Shown in pieces: positions 54,530 through 64,000 of a stretch of DNA of 64,000 nucleotides. Where the stretch lies: assembly GCA_963734545.1 (NCBI GenBank), contig CAVTHO010000004.1:160001-224000 (forward strand). The letters run 5' to 3'. The position numbers were made by a program, and so were the translations under genes. A model generated the notes under the pieces. It searched no databases. It worked only from the letters and a program-made list of their open reading frames with translations, and was not told where the DNA came from. Source of the DNA: an uncultured Spirochaetota bacterium (GTDB lineage: Bacteria > Spirochaetota > Spirochaetia > SZUA-6 > Fen-1364). Numbering within the stretch: the stretch's first letter is position 1; each line of letters starts with the position of its first letter.

Positions 54530-56455
54530 CTACTTGAGCTCCATTCGGTATATGGAGATCGACCAGGCCGGTAGATTGAAGCGGGAGCCGGTCTGCGCAA
54601 ATGCCTCTTCCCTCAGCACCACGTTCGGAGCTTTGCCAGGCTCATTGGAGGCCATGGGATTCGGCCCCGAAATGACGCTCCTGGTTGCCTTGCCGGAAAG
54701 CTTCAGCGAACCGGGATCCACGGAGAGACTTTGCGGGCTTGCACCGGTGTTCACAATGGCCAACGTCAGCGTCTTTCTGTCCTCGGTGAGGGCCGCGGAG
54801 ACATCCAGCGTGCCGGACTGCCCCGAGAGGGCGACCGGGATCGAGCCGAAGCGGTTCCGATAGAGCTTCAGCGCCAGGCCCGTCGTGTCAAGAACGGCCG
54901 CTGTCCGGGAGGTCTTGATCGCGCCGATGACGTTGACCGTCTGCGCATAGTTGGCCATGAAGTACAGGTCGCTGTTCCGGAAGAACGCGTGAAGCGCCCG
55001 GGCAATCCCGAGCGCGTCCTTGAGGTGATATTGAACGCCGAGCTCGCCATAGACATACGGACCGTACCAGTAGTTCCACTCGTCCATGGCTATCCGGATG
55101 TCCCGCCCGGATAGCTCGGGAATCGATTGCCGGTACTGGTGATGCGCCTGGGCGATCCGGTCGATGTCGTCTGCGAGCTGCCGCGAATGGGCATCGACGT
55201 CCCTGATCTCCTTGCGGTAGATGTGCTCGCTGATCAGGTCCATCCGGGCCGCGCTCTCCTTCAATATCGTCTCGTCCCACTTCCCCACCGAGCCCACCCC
55301 GACCACGTGCGCGTTCGGGTCCACTTTGCGGATCGCATCCACAATGCTGTTGTGCTTCTTGACGTAGTCCTCTATCGGCATGTGGCCGAGCTGCCATTCC
55401 CCGTACATCTCGTTGCCCACTGCCCACCAGCCCACGCCGAAGGGCTCGGGGTGACCGTTAGCCGCGCGAAGCTTCCCCATGGGCGTGTCCGCCGCCCCGT
55501 TGAAATACTCGACCTCGTCCACGACCTCTTTCACTGTTCCCAGGCCCGTGTTGAGCGCCACGTAGGGCTCAGCGCCGATCATGGCCATCAGTCTCATGTA
55601 CTCGTGGATGCCCACGTCGTTCGGCTCGACCCCTTTCCACGCAGGGTTCTGCCGGGGCGGGCGACGGTCCCGATCTCCGATGCCGTCCCGCCAGTCATAG
55701 CCGCTCACGAAATTCCCGCCCGGCCACCGATAGATGGGAGAGTCCAGCTCTCTGAGCAGGGCGATGACGTCAGGTCTCCATCCTTCGAGGTTGTCCGCCG
55801 GCATGAGGGAGACCGCACCGACCTCGAAGGTCCCCTTCCCCTTTCCCAGGATCTCGATCCGCGCATTGTCGCTCGCTGACGGCGCCACAAAGCTCAACGG
55901 GAAAGTCTTGAAGCCCGAGCCCGTCTGGCCGATTGCGTTCTCAACCGCCTCACCTGAATCCGTGACGAGCCGCACCACAACGGATATCCCCGGGGCCTCC
56001 GACAGGACGATCCTCCCGGAATAGGTCTTGCCCTTCACCAGGGCGAGTCCCTCCTGGGAGATGCCGGCCGCGTTCGCGTCACCCGGCAGGCTTATGACCG
56101 GCGAGTGGATGCCGGTAAACGGGCTGCCCGTGTCCATGGTGACGGTGCCCGCGGGTCCGACGACCTTCCATGGCGAGGCCTGGAGGTAGTCATAGGGTCC
56201 CGATCCCCAGTAGGAATCTACAGCCGTCCCCCACGGGTGATAGCGATCGGTAACGAGAAAGAAAAACTTGCGGTCCTCCAGCATCTCCGCCCAGAGTCCC
56301 CCGTAGATGCAGCGGCCCAGGTGCTCGATAAACTGCCCGTAGAGGTACTTCGAGATCGGGGCGCCGGTTTTCTCCGCGTTGATTTTGACCTGGAGTGGAT
56401 CGCCTGAAGACTCGAAAAGAGTGACGAGCAGAAACAAGGCAATGAACATCCGCAT
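54530..56455 (-). CDS. Secreted GH51 alpha-L-arabinofuranosidase with an inserted CBM-like domain
   Basis: Signal peptide; [58 protein letters not shown]. Confidence 0.93.
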   Translation of the reverse strand: MRMFIALFLLVTLFESSGDPLQVKINAEKTGAPISKYLYGQFIEHLGRCIYGGLWAEMLEDRKFFFLVTDRYHPWGTAVDSYWGSGPYDYLQASPWKVVGPAGTVTMDTGSPFTGIHSPVISLPGDANAAGISQEGLALVKGKTYSGRIVLSEAPGISVVVRLVTDSGEAVENAIGQTGSGFKTFPLSFVAPSASDNARIEILGKGKGTFEVGAVSLMPADNLEGWRPDVIALLRELDSPIYRWPGGNFVSGYDWRDGIGDRDRRPPRQNPAWKGVEPNDVGIHEYMRLMAMIGAEPYVALNTGLGTVKEVVDEVEYFNGAADTPMGKLRAANGHPEPFGVGWWAVGNEMYGEWQLGHMPIEDYVKKHNSIVDAIRKVDPNAHVVGVGSVGKWDETILKESAARMDLISEHIYRKEIRDVDAHSRQLADDIDRIAQAHHQYRQSIPELSGRDIRIAMDEWNYWYGPYVYGELGVQYHLKDALGIARALHAFFRNSDLYFMANYAQTVNVIGAIKTSRTAAVLDTTGLALKLYRNRFGSIPVALSGQSGTLDVSAALTEDRKTLTLAIVNTGASPQSLSVDPGSLKLSGKATRSVISGPNPMASNEPGKAPNVVLREEAFAQTGSRFNLPAWSISIYRMELK

Positions 56456-56573
56456 GGCCGCCCCCTGCCGGGATGATAGACGAACAGCCCGCGGGTCTCA
56501 AGGGAGCGCACGCTCTCGGCTACGGACTGCTCGCGATTGCGTTCTGGCGTGGCTGTGAATGGAGAAAGGGCCT

Positions 56574-58229
<1,656 letters not shown>

Positions 58230-58267
58230 GGTGCTTTCCTTCGGGCGGGCCGCAGGTGCGGGGCGTG

Positions 58268-58322
58268 AAAAAAAGGGCGGCGCAGGACGCCGCAAATGAA
58301 AGGGCGGGCTCGAAGCCCGCCC
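58268..58322 (-). terminator. Tandem hairpins / intrinsic terminator after the rhamnose-type SBP gene
   Basis: Minus strand GGGCGGGC-TTCGA-GCCCGCCC-TTT, then GCGGCG-TCCTG-CGCCGC-CC-TTTTTTT. Confidence 0.72.
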
Positions 58323-58331
58323 CGCCATACC

Positions 58332-59360
58332 CTAGTAAACCGTCTTCCAATCCGCGATGTTGGCCTTGTCGAACTTGAACGGGGGGCCGAGCAGGACTTC
58401 GGTTCCGCCGTCCGGTGCCTTCGTGATCGTGTAGTCTCCAAGGCGTCCCGCCTTGAACTTGTCTCCGACCGCGCCGGTGATCTTCCCGGAAACGAGCGCC
58501 GTTGCCGTGTATGCGCCGAGGTACCCGACATCGATCGGGTTCCAGAGGAACATGTACGGGCAGACGCCGTTTTCAATGTAGGTGGCCATCTCGGACGGGA
58601 GCCCGAGGCCGGTGAGGAACACCTTGCCGCCGAGTCCCTTGTCCGTGAGCACCTTGCCCGCCGCGGCGATGCCGACGGTGGTGGGGGCAATGATGACCTT
58701 CAGGTTGGGGAACGACTGGAGGAGGCCCTCCGCTTCGGAGACCGACTTGTCACGGATGTCGTCCCCGTAGGCGACCTTCACGAGCTTCACGTTGGCGTAC
58801 TTCGGATCCGTGAGCTCCTTCTTCATGTAGTCGATCCAGAGGTTCTGGTTGGTCGCCTGGCTCGTGGCGGAGAGAATGGCGATCTCGCCCTTTCCGCCGC
58901 ACATGTCGTACGCGGCCTGGATCAGGGTGCGGCCGATCTTCTCCGAGTCCGCCTGGTTGACGTGCGTCAGGCGGCTGGCCGGGTTGACGCCGGAGTCGAG
59001 GGAGAACACCTTGATCCCCGCGTTCTTGGCCTTTGTGAGAACAGGCTGCAGAGCGTCCTTGTCATTTCCGACGATGCAGATTGCCGCAACTTTCTGTGAG
59101 ATAAGCTGCTCGAGTATCTGGATCTGCGCCTCAGCGGTCGGCTGATCGGGGGCGCGCAGGATTGCCTGGAAACCCTGCTCCTCGATGCCGGCCTTGAAGC
59201 CGCCCATCTGCTTGTCGCCGTACGGGTTGCCCGTATTCTTGAACACGATGGCATACTTGTCCCCGGTCTTTGCCGGTTCGGCGCCGCCGGTGGCAAATGC
59301 CGGCAGGGCGATGGCCATGATCCCGAGGACCATGACCGCTGTGAAGATGACCTTTCGCAT
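58332..59360 (-). CDS. rhaS: Rhamnose-type sugar ABC substrate-binding protein
   Basis: KNTGNPY, AILSATSQATNQNLWI, VAYGDD, APTTVGIAAA, TGLGLPSEM, LWNPIDVGY. Confidence 0.85.
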   Translation of the reverse strand: MRKVIFTAVMVLGIMAIALPAFATGGAEPAKTGDKYAIVFKNTGNPYGDKQMGGFKAGIEEQGFQAILRAPDQPTAEAQIQILEQLISQKVAAICIVGNDKDALQPVLTKAKNAGIKVFSLDSGVNPASRLTHVNQADSEKIGRTLIQAAYDMCGGKGEIAILSATSQATNQNLWIDYMKKELTDPKYANVKLVKVAYGDDIRDKSVSEAEGLLQSFPNLKVIIAPTTVGIAAAGKVLTDKGLGGKVFLTGLGLPSEMATYIENGVCPYMFLWNPIDVGYLGAYTATALVSGKITGAVGDKFKAGRLGDYTITKAPDGGTEVLLGPPFKFDKANIADWKTVY

Positions 59361-59372
59361 AGACTCCTCCTC

Positions 59373-60413
59373 CTACGAATTGCTTGCGCCCGGTTGCTCC
59401 GGTGGGGTGATGGATTTCACCGCAGAGGGCACCGCGCGTTGAGTACCGCGAAACCTGATATTGAGAACGAGAACCGAGAGAATCAGCAAGAGCCCTACGA
59501 TTATCAATAGCACTTGCGCCTGTATGTTGACGAGCCCGAGCCCGTAGTTGAGAAAACCGATGATGAATATGGCGAGCAGCGGCCCCGCCATTCTCCCCTT
59601 GCCGCCGGATGTGCTCACTCCGCCCAGCACGACCATTGCAATGACCTCGAGCTCATAGCCCTGGGCCACATTGGGCCGGGTGCTTCCCATGCGCGACGTG
59701 AGGAAAAGGGCGGTCACCCCGGCCATGAGGCCCGTCAGCACCATCACGATCATGATCACCGAATCGGTCTTTATGCCCGAGTACCGGGAAGCGGTGAGGT
59801 TGTTTCCCATGCCGTAGATCTTGCGTCCGAAGCTCGTCTTGTGAAGGAGAAGCCCGAACACAATGGCGCAGACCGCGAAGACGATCAGGATGATGGGCAC
59901 TTTTCCAATGGAACCCCAGCCGAGGGAGGAATACCAGGTGGGGAACTGCCCCGAAGCCTGGTCCGTCAGTATCACGTATGCGATGCCGCGGAATATGATC
60001 ATCGTTGCGAGGGTGACGATGACCGAGGAGAGCTCCTTGAACTTCGTCATGAGAATGCCGTTCACGAGGCCGCACGCGGTGCCCACCGCCAGGCACAGGA
60101 GGACCGCGAGCGGCATCGGCAGGCCCGCGTTGTAGGTGACGGCCATGATCACGGCGGAGAGCGCGACGCTGGACCCCACGGATATGTCGATGCTCCCCAG
60201 GATGATGACCATGGTCATGGGCAGCACGAGAAACGCCTTGTCCAGGAACGACATCGGCGTGCCGAGGAACGTGTCCACGTTGAAATAATAGGGAGAGAGG
60301 GTGCTGTTGACTATGTTGACGGCGATGAAGATGAGGACGAGCAGCCACTCCCACTGGAAAAAGAATGTGCGCCAGCTCCACAACTTGACCGCCCGTATCG
60401 ATCGATCGATCAT
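59373..60413 (-). CDS. Sugar ABC permease (RhaQ-like)
   Basis: WEWLL, IDISVGS, IVTLATM, GYELEVIAMVVLGGVSTSGGKG. Confidence 0.88.
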   Translation of the reverse strand: MIDRSIRAVKLWSWRTFFFQWEWLLVLIFIAVNIVNSTLSPYYFNVDTFLGTPMSFLDKAFLVLPMTMVIILGSIDISVGSSVALSAVIMAVTYNAGLPMPLAVLLCLAVGTACGLVNGILMTKFKELSSVIVTLATMIIFRGIAYVILTDQASGQFPTWYSSLGWGSIGKVPIILIVFAVCAIVFGLLLHKTSFGRKIYGMGNNLTASRYSGIKTDSVIMIVMVLTGLMAGVTALFLTSRMGSTRPNVAQGYELEVIAMVVLGGVSTSGGKGRMAGPLLAIFIIGFLNYGLGLVNIQAQVLLIIVGLLLILSVLVLNIRFRGTQRAVPSAVKSITPPEQPGASNS

Positions 60414-60424
60414 GACTTTCTTCC

Positions 60425-61412
60425 TTAAATAGCGCGCCTGCGGAGCGCAAAGCGCTGGTTGTTTCTCTTGACCAGCACGTTGGTGAGAACAGCGGCAAGG
60501 ATGACGACTCCCTGTATTGCCTGCTGCCAGAAGGGGGATACGTTGATCAGGGGCAGGGCGTTGTTCAGGATCCCCAGGAGAATGGTTCCGAGAATCAGCC
60601 CCGACACTTTCCCGCTTCCCCCGGAGATGCTCACGCCGCCCAGAACCGCCGCCGCAATGACGCTGAGCTCGTATCCCGTGGCCGTGTCCCCCTGCGCGGA
60701 GGCGAACTTGGCCACCCAGAGCACGCCGGCAAAGCCGGAGAGCGCACCCATCACGGCGTACACGAGGAAGATGATCCGTGTGCGCGGGATGCCCGAAATC
60801 GAGGCCGCGTCCGGATTGGATCCCACGGCATAGATCTGGCGCCCGGTCTTCATGTGGTTGATGAAGTAGAAGAAGACGAGATTGATCACCACGGCAAAGA
60901 TGATCAGGTTGCTGATTCCGAGCACCTTGCCCGTGGCAATCTGCTTGAAGCCCTCCGACATCTGGTACGAGCTGACCCAGGCGCCCTTGCTCACAAGGTA
61001 GGTGACGCCCGCGGATGATGTTCATGAAGCCGAGCGTGGCAATGATGGGCAGTACGTTGAACCGCGCGATCACGAGCCCTATGACGGCGCCCACCACCAG
61101 CCCGACCGCCGTGCCCTGCAGGAGCGATACAACGGGAGAAATCTCCCGAAACGAGTTCACCGTCAGCGCGCTGATCATGCCGGCCAGCGCAAGGGTTGCG
61201 CCGATTGAAAGATCGATGCCCCGGGTAAGGATGACCATCATCATGCCGACGGAGAGAATGCTCAGGATGGCCGTGTTGGCAAGGAGGTCCCGTATATTGG
61301 ACAGGGTCAGGAAGTTGTGGTTGCGGATCTGGAATATGACGCAGACGATCACGATGAAAAAAAGGAGGCCCAGCTCCCTGAAGCTCTCGGAAAGCGTGGC
61401 GGCCCTTCTCAT
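60425..61412 (-). CDS. Sugar ABC permease (RhaP-like; frameshift ~61010)
   Basis: RELGL, GIDLSIG, IIATLG, then GRQIYAVGSN and GYELSVIAAAVLGGVSISGGSG. Confidence 0.88.
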
Positions 61413-62915
61413 TTTGCCCCCACCGTTTCCGGAATTGCCGCGCGCAGGATCTGCTCCTGGGAGGAGGAGGCGGTATCCATGATCGCCGCGACCCTCCCTT
61501 CCCGCATGACGACGATACGGTCGCTCATGCCGAGCACCTCCGGCATCTCCGAGGAGACCATGATGATGCCGTACCCCATCTCGGCCAGGTCATTCATGAT
61601 GTTGAAAATGGCCGTCTTTGCGCCCACGTCCACGCCCTTTGTCGGCTCATCCAGGATCACGACCTTCATCTGCGCCGTGAGGATCTTGGCCACGATTATT
61701 TTCTGCTGGTTGCCTCCCGAAAGAGTAGCGGCAAGATCGAATACGCTGCCCGGCCCTCACCTCGAGCTTTTCCGCGAGCTCCTTGGTGACCATGTTCTCC
61801 TTTTTCGTATGGAGCCAGCCCATGGTGCCGAACTTCTTGAGGGTGGGAAGCGTGACGTTCTTGGAGAGCTCCCAGTCCAGCACGAGCCCCTGCCGCAGCC
61901 GATCTTCCGGAAGGTAGCCGATGCCCTTGTCGATGGCCTGCGCCGGATTGGCAATGTGCAGTTCCTCGCCGTCCAGCACCACGCGCCCGCTGTCCGGGCT
62001 GGTGACGCCGTAGATGGCCTCGCACACCTCGGTGCGGCCGGCGCCGATCAGCCCCGTGATGGCGAGGATCTCTCCCTTGCGCAGGGAGAATGAGACATCC
62101 TTGAAGTAGCCTGTCCGGGAGAGGCCCTCCACCTTGAAGATCTCCTCTCCGATCGTGACCGCGCGTTTCGGGAAGAACTGCGTGATCTCCCGGCCCACCA
62201 TGGCCATGATGACGTCCTCACGGCTGATCTCGTTCAAGTGCCAGGTGCCCACGTACCGCGCGTCCCGGAACACGGTCACACGGGTGGCCAGCCGGTACAT
62301 GTCCTCCATGCGGTGGGAGATGAAGATGATGGAGACGCCCTTGTCCCGCAGGCCCTCGGTGGTCCGGTAGAGGTCTTCACTCTCCCTGTTCGTGAGGGGC
62401 GCGGTCGGCTCGTCCATGATGATGATGCGCGCGTTGCTGGACAGCGCCTTCGCGATCTCCACGATCTGCTGCTGGGCCACCGAAAGGTTTCCCATGAGAG
62501 CGCGGGGGTCGAAATCCGCGTCCAGGCGGGCAAGCAGCTCCTCCGCCCTGCCGTGCAGGTCCTTCCAGTCGATCTTGCGCGTGAGGGGCTGAATCTTCTC
62601 GTGCCCGATGAAGATGTTCTCCGTGACCGACAGGTCGGGGTAGCAGGTGACGTGCTGGTAGATCGCGGCGATCCCGAGTCTCTGGGAATCCGCGGGGGTG
62701 TGTATCTCCACGGGCGCGCCGTCGAAGATGATCTGCCCGGCATCGGGCTGGTACACACCGGTGATGACCTTGATGAGCGTGGACTTCCCCGCCCCGTTCT
62801 CCCCGATCAGCGCGTGGATCTCCCCCTGCTTCAGATCGAAGTGAACGTCATCCAGCGCCCTGACACCGGGAAAGGTCTTCGTGATGTGGTGCAATTCCAG
62901 AATGCGGTCAGCCAC
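61409..62915 (-). CDS. CUT2 sugar ABC ATP-binding protein (RhaT-like; frameshift ~61750)
   Basis: [44 protein letters not shown]. Confidence 0.92.
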
Positions 62916-62930
62916 TTTTGCGATCTCCTG

Positions 62931-64000
62931 TCAACACACCTTGAGACATTCGATCCCCACGAGTCGGGAGAGCTTGTCGATCCGGTCCGCGATATGCCCC
63001 GTGCCGATTGCGCAATGGTGCGCGGGCCCGGCCTTCGACCACCTGTCGGTGAACTCCCGGGCCGACAGGGGAAAGCGGTACCTGCTGTTCGTGTTCCCGA
63101 TCTGGAGCGTCGGGCCGGGCACCGATTCGCCCTCCGCGGTGAGGAGGAAGGTCTTTCCGCCCCTGCCCTGCACCACGGAAAGCAGCGTGACCGGGCCGTT
63201 CCTGACGCTCATCTGGATGGAGAGGCCCTTGCCGGGCTTGCCGTGATAGACCGGAAGCGGCACCAGGCCCACGTCCCCCTCCGCGATGGCCGGGTGCGCC
63301 GGACCGTCGTGGCCCCACAGGACCACGTCATCGTCGTAGTCGATCGACGTAGAGCTCGGAGAAGGATCCGCCTGCGCCGAAGCAGTCCATGATCTTCATC
63401 GCCACGACGTTCTTCACTTCGCACTCTCCGGCCACCGGAACGTGATGCGCCGTGAGGAGCGTGTTGCCCGCGATGACCGAGGTGACGATGTTCTCGTGCT
63501 CGTTTCCGTCCACACCTTCGTAGTAGTATGCCATGGCCCCCAGCCGCTTGTCAGCAGTCAAACGGTCCAGTGCGCACGACGTGGCGGCCGCCCGTGCGAG
63601 CTCGCCGGGTGAGCACTCGGCGGACACCTTGAACTCCTTTTCGAACTGCCGCAGCTTCCGAGCCGTTTCATCCGCGCTCACCTGGTCACGAAGCTGTTTC
63701 AGCAGGTCCATTTCCAGGAGCTCGAAATGGCAGCCGAAGACCTCCGCAAGCTGGGTGACGTCGGTGTACACGTCGAGCATGCCGCCGTAGTAGTGGCCCA
63801 GGATGCCCACCCGGGTATCGCGGACCTCCTTCCGCACGATGACGGCATCCACCCAGGCGGCGATCTCTTCCCACGCGCGCCCTTCCTTCAGCCACCCGGT
63901 GACCAGGTGATAGTCGATTCCTGCCCTGTTGAATACGTTGGCAATCTCCGGCACGGAGCAGGCCTGGCAGTGGGCCAGCCATTCGCCGGTCATGACGCCC
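62931..64000 (-). CDS. L-fucose/L-arabinose isomerase family protein, 5'-truncated by the window edge (frameshift ~63340)
   Basis: [49 protein letters not shown]. Confidence 0.8.

Noticed and set aside
59373-61412. Apparent 679-aa double permease
   Set aside because: A frameshift at ~61010 joins two separate permease genes through nonsense sequence.

Overview
GC-rich bacterial DNA, probably from a free-living spirochaete (inferred from the BMP/TmpC lipoprotein and a Treponema/Leptospira-like giant protein). Many single-base frameshifts suggest a long-read or metagenomic consensus. Left to right: (1) the probable left end of an IS200/IS605 element and a BsuBI/PstI-type type II restriction-modification pair; (2) a hairpin-dense spacer containing a dif/lox-like palindrome; (3) the main novelty, a ~26.6 kb minus-strand operon (29825->3246) encoding two TPR lipoproteins, a small lipoprotein, TolC, a long membrane-fusion protein, two Ig-like lipoproteins, two RND permeases, a ~3,700-aa signal-peptide-bearing helical giant protein with an HExxH motif and a C-terminal NlpC/P60 domain, and an exported putative immunity protein. 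This reads as a candidate RND/TolC-coupled polymorphic toxin delivery system; (4) accessory genes: NadD-like, MarR-MFS, EamA, Hsp20, dienelactone hydrolase, TetR-SnoaL, a heme-c adenylate cyclase coupled to cytochrome P460, and a serine hydrolase; (5) a nucleoside ABC transporter with an ADP-ribosylglycohydrolase; (6) a sugar-utilisation region: two GH51 genes plus a truncated third, an Opp-type ABC transporter, pgi, a rhamnose-type ABC transporter and a sugar isomerase. No tRNA, rRNA or CRISPR array was seen. Family assignments come from motif recognition by eye, not database searches.
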